The notes beneath the pieces were generated by a model. That model saw nothing but the letters and a program-made list of their open reading frames with translations. It was not told the DNA's origin and searched no databases. The position numbers and the translations under genes were made by a program. 64,000 bases of DNA from an uncultured Acidobacteriota bacterium (GTDB lineage: Bacteria > Acidobacteriota > Thermoanaerobaculia > UBA5066 > DATFVB01): the NCBI GenBank assembly GCA_963813155.1, contig CAWEYG010000003.1, positions 864,001 through 928,000 of the forward strand, in the 5' to 3' direction. Positions 38,812 through 48,766 of this stretch are shown here, piece after piece. How positions within the stretch are numbered: position 1 is the stretch's first letter; each line of letters opens with the position of its first letter.

Positions 38812-40380
38812 TCAGCGCTGCCGCTCCCGCGTCGGAGAGGTCCGATCCCCCGAGTCGAGCAGCTCCCGGACCGGCGCCACCCTCAGCTGCGGATCGACCG
38901 GAGGGAAAACGTTCATCAGGGACTGCCAGACATCGATCGGAAACAGGCTCGCACCGGCCGTCGGAGCCAGGCTCCGCCGGATCGTGTCGGCGCTCGACGG
39001 GACGTCGGGCTCGAACATGACCGCGGCGACGTCGATTCGCGGGATCTTCGTTCCGTACGTCGCATTGAGGAACTGCACGATCTCGTCGGCGACGATCGCG
39101 TAGCCGGTGTTGGTCGGGTGAACGCCGTCGTAGGAGAAGATGCCTCCCGTGAGGAATTTCGTCGTGAGCGTGATTCCGCCGTAGGTTCGTCCATGTGCGA
39201 CGATGTCTTTGAAGATCGCGTTCATGTCGACGACGGGCGCTCCGATCGACGCCGCGGCCGTCGCGATCGCGGAGTTGTAGGCGGCGTTCCTCGCCAGAAG
39301 CGCAGCGACTTCGTCGCCGTACAGAAGGACACCCGGGTGAAGTCCGTCGAGGCCGATGCTGCCGTCGGGCAAAGGATGGTCGCAAGCCGGGAGACTGGGG
39401 GCGACCGCGCAGGGAATTCCGAAACCCTGCGCTTCCAGGGAAAGAGCTCCGAGAGTGACAAGGGTGCTCGTCGGGTCGACCTGCGCGACGCTTCCGTCGT
39501 GCTTCTCCCCGATCAAAGGAATGACATGACCGGCGGGATCGAGCACCGGCTGCTGGGTGGCCGGATTGATGACGACCGGCGGGACCGTCGTCGTGAACGG
39601 GAGCGACGTCACGTCGGGAAGATTGATCACGACAATCGCCGCGTTCGGGAGGGCCGCGTGCAACGTCTGAAGGATCTGGGTGTACTTCGACGTGAACTTG
39701 TCGATCGTGGTCAGCGTGATCCCGTCACAAAGTCCGTTCTCCGCGGGATTCAACGCGAGGCACGAATCGCTGATCACGGTGCCCGAGCCTGCCGCGTCGA
39801 GGTCGTCGTTGTTCCCGGCCCACACGGTCACGAAGGAGGGCGACAGTGCGATCGCCTGCTCGACCGAGTTCGTCCCGTTCAGCGGCGACCCGGGAAAGTT
39901 CCGGAGGACCAGCGAAAGAATGTCGGTTCCGTTCGACGTGGTCTTGTCGATCTGATCGTAGCTGTGGGAGCCGGGAATCCCGAGGTTGTTGTAAGGCCTG
40001 GGAAGCAGCGAGTTCTCGGGCTGCCCGCCCGACTCTCCGGCGTGGACGTCGATCCCGAAGGATCCGTTCGAAAACGTGAGCGAATAGCAGGGCTGGGGGA
40101 GCCCCGGCTCGGTCACGAGCGGCTGCTGAAATTTTCCGGGCGAGGCATCGGAATCGCCCTCCCGGGCCACCGTCATTCCGAACTGGCCGGCGAGCTGCGC
40201 CGGATAGGACTTCAACTGATGTCGCGCAACGAGGCAACCCGATTCCCAGCCCGCGGTCAGTGAATCGCCGATCGCGACGTAGTTCGAGAAACTCGGCGCG
40301 GCCGCAAAGACGCTCGACGCGGCGAAAATCATGGCCGCGAGGGGAAACACGTGAATTCGTTTCATCTCGAAATCCTCCAT
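38812..40380 (-). CDS. Secreted SGNH/GDSL hydrolase
   Basis: Signal peptide, GDSLTAG, NNLG, GNND, DGVHP. Confidence 0.88.
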   Translation of the reverse strand: MEDFEMKRIHVFPLAAMIFAASSVFAAAPSFSNYVAIGDSLTAGWESGCLVARHQLKSYPAQLAGQFGMTVAREGDSDASPGKFQQPLVTEPGLPQPCYSLTFSNGSFGIDVHAGESGGQPENSLLPRPYNNLGIPGSHSYDQIDKTTSNGTDILSLVLRNFPGSPLNGTNSVEQAIALSPSFVTVWAGNNDDLDAAGSGTVISDSCLALNPAENGLCDGITLTTIDKFTSKYTQILQTLHAALPNAAIVVINLPDVTSLPFTTTVPPVVINPATQQPVLDPAGHVIPLIGEKHDGSVAQVDPTSTLVTLGALSLEAQGFGIPCAVAPSLPACDHPLPDGSIGLDGLHPGVLLYGDEVAALLARNAAYNSAIATAAASIGAPVVDMNAIFKDIVAHGRTYGGITLTTKFLTGGIFSYDGVHPTNTGYAIVADEIVQFLNATYGTKIPRIDVAAVMFEPDVPSSADTIRRSLAPTAGASLFPIDVWQSLMNVFPPVDPQLRVAPVRELLDSGDRTSPTRERQR

Positions 40381-40396
40381 TTCTTCTCAGCCGCGC

Positions 40397-41701
40397 TCAA
40401 AACGAGAGACGAATATTGAGACCGACGAGGTTCGCGGTCAGCTTGTACGAGCCGTTGAAATTGTCCGAGCTCTGTCCCTTCGTGCTCCGGTCCTGAAACG
40501 GCAGGTACATGTCGGCGAGATCCACGCCGAAGTGATCGCCGTTGTAGCCGAAACCGAGGCAATAGCCGCGCCGGATCGAATCGGGCAGGATCGGCCCGGC
40601 GTCGCTGTCGGGCTGCGGCGACTCGTCATAAACGAAGCCGGCGCGGACGGCGAACGAATGGAACTTCTGTTCGACGCCCACCCGATACGACCAGACGTTC
40701 TTCCACCCGTTGTCCCGGTGAACGTTCGGCGCCTCGCCGTTCGGAAAGACGATGTCCAGCGAAGAAAAGCGGGACCACTCTGTCCAGACAGCGTCCGCGG
40801 AAAGCGTGAACGTGTTGTTCGGACAATGGTACGCGACGCCGATGTCGCCGATGGCCGGCGTGTCGATCGACGTCGTCGCCCGAGCACTGGCCGGCAACTG
40901 GGCGGCGACGAGCGCGTCGAAGATCGGATCGCCCGACGACCGCTGCGTGAACTTCGCGTTGGCATCGAAGTCGGTCTTGAGGTGCGACCGATAGGAGCCG
41001 CCCAGAGAGAACATCGGCACGGGTTTCCAGAGAAAGCCAGCGTTCCAGCCCCATCCGTGCGCGTTGTCCGACTTGAGCTTCACATGGGCGATCTCGGCCT
41101 GCGACAGCGTGAACGGGTCCGTCATCGCCTCGTCGCGTTCCAGCGTCACGTTCGAGATCCGGTATTCAGCGCCCGCGGCGACCGAAAAAGTCGGCGTCGC
41201 GCGAAACGCGAGAACCGGCTCGAGGCTGACGGTCTTGATCGCGGCGTTCTGCGAGATGAACCGGCCGGACCAGGTCTCCGCGTCCTTCCAACGGGAGGAA
41301 AGGCCGAACGGCGAGAAAGATCCGAATCCGAACTTCAGGTTCGAGGTGATCGGCGCCACGATGTAGAGCGTGCTCGGAAAAAACCACGTCTTGTGGTACG
41401 TCCCGGTGGCTCCCGCGCCCGGGAAAGGGTTGTCTCCGGTGAACTCCGACTTCGTGAACGTCGTCACGGTCGTGCCGGCCATCACCGAGAAATGATCCTG
41501 GAAGCCGAGCCCCGAGGGGTTGTAGAAGATCGCCGACGGATCGTCCGCGACCGCGCTGAAAGCGCCGCCCATGGCCGTTGCTTTCGCGCCCTGTTCGAAA
41601 AAGCCGAAGCCGGCCGGAAGCGCCGGCGACGCCACGAAGAGAGCCGCGCAAGCGAGCCACAGGAAACGAACCGGGAGGGACCGGAGTCGCGGATTCGCCA
41701 C
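40397..41701 (-). CDS. OmpP1/FadL family outer-membrane transporter
   Basis: Signal peptide, AGF...A..MGGA...DDPSAIFYNP, WS.F, terminal F. Confidence 0.88.
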   Translation of the reverse strand: MANPRLRSLPVRFLWLACAALFVASPALPAGFGFFEQGAKATAMGGAFSAVADDPSAIFYNPSGLGFQDHFSVMAGTTVTTFTKSEFTGDNPFPGAGATGTYHKTWFFPSTLYIVAPITSNLKFGFGSFSPFGLSSRWKDAETWSGRFISQNAAIKTVSLEPVLAFRATPTFSVAAGAEYRISNVTLERDEAMTDPFTLSQAEIAHVKLKSDNAHGWGWNAGFLWKPVPMFSLGGSYRSHLKTDFDANAKFTQRSSGDPIFDALVAAQLPASARATTSIDTPAIGDIGVAYHCPNNTFTLSADAVWTEWSRFSSLDIVFPNGEAPNVHRDNGWKNVWSYRVGVEQKFHSFAVRAGFVYDESPQPDSDAGPILPDSIRRGYCLGFGYNGDHFGVDLADMYLPFQDRSTKGQSSDNFNGSYKLTANLVGLNIRLSF

Positions 41702-41737
41702 AAATCCTCCTATTGCAAAAGTTAGAGACGCTTCGAA

Positions 41738-41766
41738 AATCTACGCTCCGGCCGACCCCCTGTCAA
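41738..41766 (-). promoter_or_regulatory. sigma70 promoter of the fadL-SGNH operon
   Basis: TTGACA-17 nt-TAGATT; AGGAGG SD before the GTG. Confidence 0.7.
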
Positions 41767-41807
41767 CAGGGCGTTTGAATCATCTGCTGCTACACTGTCC
41801 GGGAGCA

Positions 41808-43901
41808 ATGCCTCGCGTGACTGACCGACCGACGGGGCCTCTCGACGAAGCCCCCGGCATTGGTGCCGTCGAAAAGACGCTTTCTCCGGGCGCGATGCTC
41901 GGCTCGCGGTACAGGATCCTCTCGGTGCTCGGGTTTGGAGGAATGGGCGTCGTCTATCGGGCGCTCGACCTGACTCTCGATCTCGAGATCGCGCTCAAAC
42001 GCCTGCGGCCGGACAAGATGTCCACGGAGAAGCGCGCCGTGCTGCGGCACGAGATCATCCTCTCGCGCAAGGTGACGCACGAGAACGTCTGCCGGATCTA
42101 CGACCTCCAGGAGATCGACGGCGTCGAATACGTCTCGATGGAATACCTCGCCGGAAAGTCGTTGAAGGACATCGAGGAACACGAGGGCGTCCTCCCGCTG
42201 GGACGCGGGCTGTCGATCGCGAAGGGGATCTGCCGCGGCCTCGCGGCCGCCCACAACATCGGAGTGCTTCACCGCGACCTGAAGCCCGAGAACGTCATTG
42301 TCGACGACGCCGGCCGTCCCCGGCTGATGGATTTCGGGATCGCGATCGAACAGAACCGGACCTCCACGGAGAAATCGGGGACGGTCCCCGGTACTCCCCA
42401 GTTCCTCGCGCCGGAGCTCCTGCGGGGCGCCGCGCCCGACGCCCGCACCGACATCTACGCGCTGGGAGTCCTCCTCTTCGAAATGTTCACGGGTCGCGTT
42501 CCGTTCGACGACGGCGACACGACGAAACTGGTCCGAAAGGTTCTTCACGAGACCGCGCCCGAAATCTCCTCACTTCGCCCCGATCTGCCTCCCGAGCTCG
42601 CCTCGATCCTCCAGCGCGCGATCGCGAAGGATCCCGCCGCCCGATTCGGGTCGGCCGAGGACGTCGCTTCCGCCATCGAGGGCTACGAGGGGTCATTCCT
42701 CGACAAGGCGCTTCGCGAAGTCTCGGTGGCCCGCGCAAAGTCGGTCCGGCTGCTCGTCATGCTCGAAGCGAACAAGGCGCTGGCCGCCACCTTCGATCCG
42801 ACGGAAATCCTGCGGATCATCCTCAAGACCGCGACCGCCGAGACCGACGCGGAGCGGGGAACGATCTTTCTCGTGGAGCCGGAAACCCGCGTCCTCGTCT
42901 CGCAGATCCTCGAGGGAGGTGCGGTCAGCCCGATCCGCGTTCCCTGGGGGCAGGGAATCGCGGGAGCCTGCGCGGCCGAAGGCAAGCCGATCCTCACGAC
43001 GAACGTCGAATCCGACCCCCGGCACGACCGGGGCCCGGACTCGACCTCGGGATTCAAGACCCTGTCTCTGCTCGCGGCGCCGATGAAGACGCCGTCGGGA
43101 GAAGTCGTCGGCGTCATCGAGGTGCTCAACAAGAGGAAAAACGCGTTCTCGCGGGAGGACGAGGAGTTCCTTGGCGCGGTGGCGGAACACGCCGCCCTTG
43201 CCGTCTCGAGCTCCCGCCAACATCAGAGCGCGGTCGACGAAGCGGCGGAGACCGCGCGCGCGGAGATGTTGAGCGCTCTGCGGCCGATGCTTTCGCCGAC
43301 GCAATGGCCGGAAACGCCGGGGTTCGAGTCGGAGCCGCTGCGCTGGCGCTCCCCGACGCCCCACCTCCTCGGCTACGAGGCGGCCTACCGCGACGAGTTC
43401 CTCACTCTCGCCCTCGCCGAAGATTCCCGGCCGCTGGCCGACGGCATCTTCGATCTTCTCTCCGCGATCTCGGATCTGCGCAACCGCGGCACCGGCCCCG
43501 CGCTCGGGCCCGTGGTGGCTTCGATCGGCCAGCGCGTCGAGCGCGTCGTCGCCGCCCGGCTCGGAAAGGACGCGATCGAGCTCTACGCGTCGGGGGCAAC
43601 ACTCCCTTTCCTGTTCCGGAACGGCCGGCCCTGCCCGTTCGAATCGGAACGCGACGGCGACCTGCGCCGGGCGAGAGTGCCGCTGGCGCCGGGCGATCTC
43701 GTGCTGATCCCTTCGGAGGGACTCGTGTCGGTTCTCGGCGACCGGACCGGAGAGCTCGAGAGCCATCTCCAGAGGGCCGCAAAGCTCGCCGCGACCGGGA
43801 CGATTGCCGGCACGTTCACCGACCTCGTCGCTCGATGGAAGGCCGAGGGAAAGAGCCCGGGGACGAAGGATCTCCTTCTTCTGGGCGCCCGAAAACTCTG
43901 A
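41808..43901 (+). CDS. Ser/Thr protein kinase + GAF + degenerate SpoIIE/PP2C-like domain
   Basis: GFGGMG, ALK, HRDLKPEN, DFG, APE; GAF; C-terminal LAPGDLVLIPSEG. Confidence 0.85.
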   Translation: MPRVTDRPTGPLDEAPGIGAVEKTLSPGAMLGSRYRILSVLGFGGMGVVYRALDLTLDLEIALKRLRPDKMSTEKRAVLRHEIILSRKVTHENVCRIYDLQEIDGVEYVSMEYLAGKSLKDIEEHEGVLPLGRGLSIAKGICRGLAAAHNIGVLHRDLKPENVIVDDAGRPRLMDFGIAIEQNRTSTEKSGTVPGTPQFLAPELLRGAAPDARTDIYALGVLLFEMFTGRVPFDDGDTTKLVRKVLHETAPEISSLRPDLPPELASILQRAIAKDPAARFGSAEDVASAIEGYEGSFLDKALREVSVARAKSVRLLVMLEANKALAATFDPTEILRIILKTATAETDAERGTIFLVEPETRVLVSQILEGGAVSPIRVPWGQGIAGACAAEGKPILTTNVESDPRHDRGPDSTSGFKTLSLLAAPMKTPSGEVVGVIEVLNKRKNAFSREDEEFLGAVAEHAALAVSSSRQHQSAVDEAAETARAEMLSALRPMLSPTQWPETPGFESEPLRWRSPTPHLLGYEAAYRDEFLTLALAEDSRPLADGIFDLLSAISDLRNRGTGPALGPVVASIGQRVERVVAARLGKDAIELYASGATLPFLFRNGRPCPFESERDGDLRRARVPLAPGDLVLIPSEGLVSVLGDRTGELESHLQRAAKLAATGTIAGTFTDLVARWKAEGKSPGTKDLLLLGARKL

Positions 43902-43907
43902 CCGGGC

Positions 43908-43940
43908 AAAGAAAAAGGGCGGAGACGAAAGTCTCCGCCC
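43908..43940 (-). terminator. Rho-independent terminator after the RRM gene
   Basis: Perfect 10-bp stem GGGCGGAGAC/GTCTCCGCCC with a 4-nt loop, then TTTTTCTTT on the minus strand. Confidence 0.85.
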
Positions 43941-43964
43941 GAGTGAACGCTCCGATCTCGCCGA

Positions 43965-44273
43965 TCAGTACCGGCTGCCTCCTCGAAACCCGCCGCGGCT
44001 GCGACCTTCGCCGCCGCCCCGCGGCCGGTCGGTCTGGGGCCGCGCTTCGTTGACGGTGAGATTTCGCCCCTTGAAGTCGGTGCCGTTCAAAGCGGACATT
44101 GCCTTGCGGGCGGAGTCGTCGTCGTTGAACTCCACGAAACCGAATCCTTTGGAGCGGCCGGTGTCGCGGTCCATGATGACCTTGGCGGACGCGACTTCGC
44201 CGTACTCGGAAAAAGCGTCTCTCAGGTCGTTTTCGGAGGTTTCGTAGGAGAGGTTACCCACATAGAGCTTCAT
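43965..44273 (-). CDS. RRM RNA-binding protein with Gly-rich tail
   Basis: RNP2 LYVGNL, RNP1 KGFGFVEF, VNEARP, RGG tail. Confidence 0.92.
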   Translation of the reverse strand: MKLYVGNLSYETSENDLRDAFSEYGEVASAKVIMDRDTGRSKGFGFVEFNDDDSARKAMSALNGTDFKGRNLTVNEARPQTDRPRGGGEGRSRGGFRGGSRY

Positions 44274-44373
44274 CGAATCAATCCTTTCAGAGGGGTGACG
44301 ACATGTCATCCCTGTCCCGCTTCAGGGGGACCAATTCGATAACTTTTCCGATTCAGGGGTTATTCCAGGAAGG

Positions 44374-44733
44374 TCAGCGGCCTGTTCCCCCGGCCAGGAT
44401 CTGGTTGACCCGCGTGATACTCATCTCAAGGGCCTCTCGGGTCGCCTCGTAGTCTTTCTCCTGGGCGTTGAAAACGACCTCGTCTCCCTGAAATTCGATC
44501 CTCGACGCCAGGACGGCCCGGGCCGGGGGAAGGCCGAACAGCGACGCGCGAAAGGCGCGAGTCCAGGAGGGAGAAACCGCTTCTTCGAGGCGGAAGCTGT
44601 AGCGGCGCCGGCCCGGCTCATTGCCTTCGGAGACGGTCGGCGGACCGGGGCGAAGCCGGACGTTCGGGCCCGCAACGGGATCGCCGGTCCGGCGGAATTT
44701 CTTTCGGTACACGACTCTGCGAGCGATAGACAC
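44374..44733 (-). CDS. hypothetical protein
   Basis: 119-aa ORF with GGAAGGGGAG SD and upstream TTTACA-17-CAAAAT. Confidence 0.5.
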   Translation of the reverse strand: MSIARRVVYRKKFRRTGDPVAGPNVRLRPGPPTVSEGNEPGRRRYSFRLEEAVSPSWTRAFRASLFGLPPARAVLASRIEFQGDEVVFNAQEKDYEATREALEMSITRVNQILAGGTGR

Positions 44734-44825
44734 CTCCCCTTCCGGGGCATTTTGACTCGAAGACGCGGAGTTGTAAAGTCAACCCGGACGGCCGGACGGT
44801 CGTCCAAACGGAGAGGAGGCAACCG

Positions 44826-45131
44826 ATGAAAGGCATTTTCCGATGGCTGGTCTCCGCGGGATTCGCGGCATTGCTCGTTCTAGCGTCGCCGGCGAGCGCC
44901 GCGCGCGTCGTCATCCGCGTCGATCCGCCGGCACTGCGCCATGAAGTGATCATCACGCGGCCCGGGCCGAACCACGTGTGGGTCCCCGGGTACTGGCGCT
45001 GGAGCGGGCGGGAGTACGTGTGGGTCGGAGGCGTCTGGCAGCTTCCCCCGCGGGTGCACGCGAGATGGGTGCCGGGCCACTACCGCCGCGTTCCGGGCGG
45101 ACACGTCTGGATCGAGGGGCACTGGCGCTGA
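44826..45131 (+). CDS. YXWGXW-repeat secreted protein
   Basis: Signal peptide; WVPGYW, WVGGVW, WVPGHY, WIEGHW repeats; GAGGAGG SD. Confidence 0.85.
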   Translation: MKGIFRWLVSAGFAALLVLASPASAARVVIRVDPPALRHEVIITRPGPNHVWVPGYWRWSGREYVWVGGVWQLPPRVHARWVPGHYRRVPGGHVWIEGHWR

Positions 45132-45156
45132 AGTTTCGCGGCAAGCAAAATCGCGG

Positions 45157-46947
45157 CTAAGGTAAGACCGCGACTCCGAGCGCTCCCGGGCCGCCGTGCG
45201 CTCCGAGCACGGGCGAGCATTCCAGGATGAGCACGTCGGACGAGGGGTAGCGCGATCGGATCTCGCGCGCGAGCCGCTCCGCGGCTTCGAGCGCGTCGGC
45301 ATGCACGACCCCAAACCGCTGCCCGCCGCCGTTTCCCGCGGCTTCGAAGAGCAGGGCCATCATCTTTTGCACGGCGGAGACGTGGCCGAACGCCTTGGCC
45401 GCCTCGTGCGCCTTCCCGTCGCGGCCGATCGTGAGAACGGGCAGGATGCGCAACCATCGCGCAATCCTTCCCTTTCCGGCGGACACGCGGCCTCCCCGCA
45501 CGAGGTGCTCGATCGTCGGGACAGCGACGAAGAGCCGGACCTTCTCGGCCGCCCGGCGGGCCTCGTCCGCCGCCTCTTCGGCCGTCGCGCCCCGCCGGAT
45601 CGCCTCCGCCGCCGCGCGAACGACGAGCCCCTCGGCAATCGAGGCCCCCTTCGAATCGACGGTGACAACCCGGGTCTCGGGAACCGCGCGGGACGCCGTC
45701 ATCGCCGCCTGAAGCGTGCCCGAGAGAGCGCCGGAGAGATGGATCGACACGATCGACCCGTGGTGAACGGCGAGCGACTCGTAGACCTGACGGAAGTCGG
45801 CCGGCGGGGGCTGCGAAGTCTTCGGATATTCGTCGCAGACCGCAAACCTCGCGTAGAACTCGGAAGCGCGGATCGTCACGCGGTCGAGATAGTTCTCGCG
45901 GCCGAAGTGAACGCGCATCGGAACCATCTGGATCTCGAGCTCTTCGAGAAGCGAATCGGGCAGGTCGCAGGCGGAGTCCGTGACGATGCCGACGCGCCCC
46001 TTCCGGCTCTCGTCGAAACGCTTCTCGTGCTGGTGCCGCATGTCCTCGACCTTCGTCTGCTCCACGGTCGCGAGCTCGGCGAGCTGCGAAAAGACGATCT
46101 CGGGCTCGTTCGTGTGGACGTGCACGCGCATCTTCGAGGCGCCGCCCGCGATGACGAGCGAATCCCCCAGGAGAGCCATCCTCTGCCTCAACGCGTCGCG
46201 GTCGAGCGAGATCCCCTCGAGCAGCGCCTCGGTGCAGAACCGAAACAGGATCGACTCGGGAGATCGGTCGAAGGTGGCGGCGGCGACGTCCGGCGGAGGC
46301 TCCGGGATCGCGCGGCGCGCGGCCTCGCGGATGTAGCGCACGATCCCCTCGAGCAGGTACACGAACCCCTGCGCCCCGGCGTCGACGACGCCGGATTTCT
46401 TCAAAAGGGCGAGCTTTTCCGGCGTCCGGGCGAGCGACGCCGACGCCGCCTGCAGCGAGCGGTCGAGGAGGGCGCCGAAGTCTTTCACGTTCGAGGCCTG
46501 CGCGACGACGTCCTGGGCCCAGTCGCGGAGAACCGTGAGGATCGTTCCCTCCTGGGGCCTCTGGATCGCCGCTCGGGCCGACTCGGCCCCCTTCAGGACC
46601 GCCTGTCCGAATTCGTTCGTGTCGATTCGCTGCTTCTCGGGAACGCCTTCCGAGAAACCCGTGAAGAACTGGGCCAGGATCGCGCCCGAATTTCCCCGCG
46701 CGCCGGACACCGCCTCGTCGGCGATCGCGAGCGCCGCCTGGCGCGCGCCGATCTCTTTTCCGAACGCCGCGCGGTGGGCGATGCGGGAGAGGGTCATCGC
46801 CATGTTGGTTCCCGTGTCCCCGTCGGGAACGGGATAGACGTTGATCCGGTTGAGCGGTTCCGCCCGATCGGTGACGAAACGCGCGCCCGCAATCAGGGCG
46901 CGGCGCAGCCTTCGCCCGTCGAGGTAGCGGATTCCGGATTTTTTCAT
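45157..46947 (-). CDS. DAK2 (FakA-like) - DegV (FakB-like) fusion protein
   Basis: NVYPVPDGDTGTNM, GARGNSG, VVDAG, HVHT; then TDSACD, TSQP, SGT, GGR, HGGP. Confidence 0.88.
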   Translation of the reverse strand: MKKSGIRYLDGRRLRRALIAGARFVTDRAEPLNRINVYPVPDGDTGTNMAMTLSRIAHRAAFGKEIGARQAALAIADEAVSGARGNSGAILAQFFTGFSEGVPEKQRIDTNEFGQAVLKGAESARAAIQRPQEGTILTVLRDWAQDVVAQASNVKDFGALLDRSLQAASASLARTPEKLALLKKSGVVDAGAQGFVYLLEGIVRYIREAARRAIPEPPPDVAAATFDRSPESILFRFCTEALLEGISLDRDALRQRMALLGDSLVIAGGASKMRVHVHTNEPEIVFSQLAELATVEQTKVEDMRHQHEKRFDESRKGRVGIVTDSACDLPDSLLEELEIQMVPMRVHFGRENYLDRVTIRASEFYARFAVCDEYPKTSQPPPADFRQVYESLAVHHGSIVSIHLSGALSGTLQAAMTASRAVPETRVVTVDSKGASIAEGLVVRAAAEAIRRGATAEEAADEARRAAEKVRLFVAVPTIEHLVRGGRVSAGKGRIARWLRILPVLTIGRDGKAHEAAKAFGHVSAVQKMMALLFEAAGNGGGQRFGVVHADALEAAERLAREIRSRYPSSDVLILECSPVLGAHGGPGALGVAVLP

Positions 46948-46987
46948 GTTCGCCGGGAAGGGACGATATCAGATGGCGCGGGGAGGA

Positions 46988-47272
46988 TTACGGTTTGAGC
47001 GGCTCCCGCGAGGCGGAATTCGAGACCGCGCCCGACAGCTCGCCGTGGCCCTGTTCGGTTCGCTTGTACTCGCCGGCGAGCACCTGGACCTTGTCGAGGT
47101 AGAGAAGAACGACGCCGCAGCTCATGCACGCCCACGGGTACGCGCGGTTGTGCGGCGCCGCCATCTTCAGGAATCCCGACCAGGGGGGCGTGTACACGAT
47201 GTGCCAGCTGGGCTTGGAGCGCAGCATGTCTCCGGAGCAGAACGGACACTTGCGGACGAAGAATTTTCCCAT
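46988..47272 (-). CDS. small putative zinc-ribbon protein
   Basis: CPFC and CMSCG motifs. Confidence 0.6.
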   Translation of the reverse strand: MGKFFVRKCPFCSGDMLRSKPSWHIVYTPPWSGFLKMAAPHNRAYPWACMSCGVVLLYLDKVQVLAGEYKRTEQGHGELSGAVSNSASREPLKP

Positions 47273-47312
47273 CGCGTTCAGGCGAAAGATACCAGACTCC
47301 CGGGGCGAGCCG

Positions 47313-48766
47313 TCAGGGACCGGGCTTCCACCGAAGGATCGGGTTCTTCGCCGCGCGGACTTCGTCGACCCGGCGAACCGGAGTCGTGTACGGCGCGTCG
47401 GCGAACATCTCGGGCTTCTCCTCCGCTTCCTTCGCGATCGCGCGCATCGCGTCCACGAACGCGTCGAGCTCGGGCTTGCCTTCGGTTTCCGTCGGCTCGA
47501 TCATGAGCGCTCCCGCGACGATCAGCGGAAAGGACACCGTCGGAGGCGGAAACCCGTAGTCCATCAGCCGCTTCGCGATGTCGCCGTTGTGCACTCCGTG
47601 CTCGGCCTGTCGCTTGTCGGAGAAGACGACCTCGTGCATCGTCGGAGCGTCGTATTTCAGGTGGTAGAGGTCCGCCAGGCGCGCGCGGATGTAGTTCGCG
47701 TTGAGAACGGCGTCCCTCGCGACCTCGCCGATCTCCCGCCCGTACGTCAGGATGTACGAGACCGCGCGCACGAGGACGCCGAACTGCGACGAAAACGACC
47801 TCAGGCGGCCGACCGATTCCGGACGGTCCGCGTCGAGCCGGAACGTGCCGTCCGGGTTGCGCTCGACCGTCGGGACCGGAAGGTGCGGGACGAGCGCTTC
47901 GCAGACCGCGACCGGGCCGGCGCCGGGGCCGCCCCCGCCGTGGGGGGTCGAAAACGTCTTGTGCAGGTTCATGTGCATCACGTCGATCCCCATCGCGCCG
48001 GGATTGGCGAGACCGACGAACGCGTTGAAATTCGCGCCGTCGCCGTACAGGAATCCGCCCTTTCCGTGGACGATCTCCGCGATCTCGGTGATCCGGCGCT
48101 CGAAGATGCCCGAGAGTGTTCGGGACGGTCATCATCAGGGCCGCGACCTCGCCGGTCATCGCCTCTTCGAGAACGTGGAGGTCGAGGCGGCCGTTCGCGT
48201 TGGACTTCAGCTCCTTCACCTCGTAGCCGGCGAAGCTCGCCGTGGCCGGATTCGTTCCGTGCGCGGAGTCGGGAATGAGCACGTACTTGCGCGGGTCTCC
48301 GCGTTTTTCGAGGGCCTTGCGCACCATCAGAATGCCGGCGAGCTCTCCCTGGGCTCCGGCGCACGGCGTGAGCGTCACGCGCGGCAGGCCCGTCAGTTCC
48401 GACAGGAAACGCTCGAGCATCCACATCAATTCGAGGTTCCCCTGGGCGAGCGCTTCCGGCGCGCAGGGATGCGTCGCCGCGAAGCCCGGGAGCCGCGCCA
48501 TCTCCTCGTTGATCCTCGGGTTGTGCTTCATCGTGCACGAACCGAGCGGATACAGGCCGTCCTCGATTCCGAGGTTCAGGCGCGAGAGCCGGGTGAAATG
48601 CCGCGCGACGTCGACCTCCGAGACCTCCGTTTCCCCTTCGATCTCGCCTCGGAGCAGCTCCGGAAGGAATCGCGAGCTTCTCTTCGACGTCCAGCGGCGG
48701 AAGGGAATAACCCCTCTTTCCCGGCCGGGACCGCTCGAAAATCAGGGGCTCTTCGCGAATTTTCAT
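47313..48766 (-). CDS. gcvPB: Glycine dehydrogenase subunit 2, two frameshifts (~48664, ~48110)
   Basis: LIFERS, YPLGSCTMKHNP, AGAQGE, PDSAHGTNPA, NLHKTFSTPHGGGGPG, IEPTETE across three frames. Confidence 0.9.
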
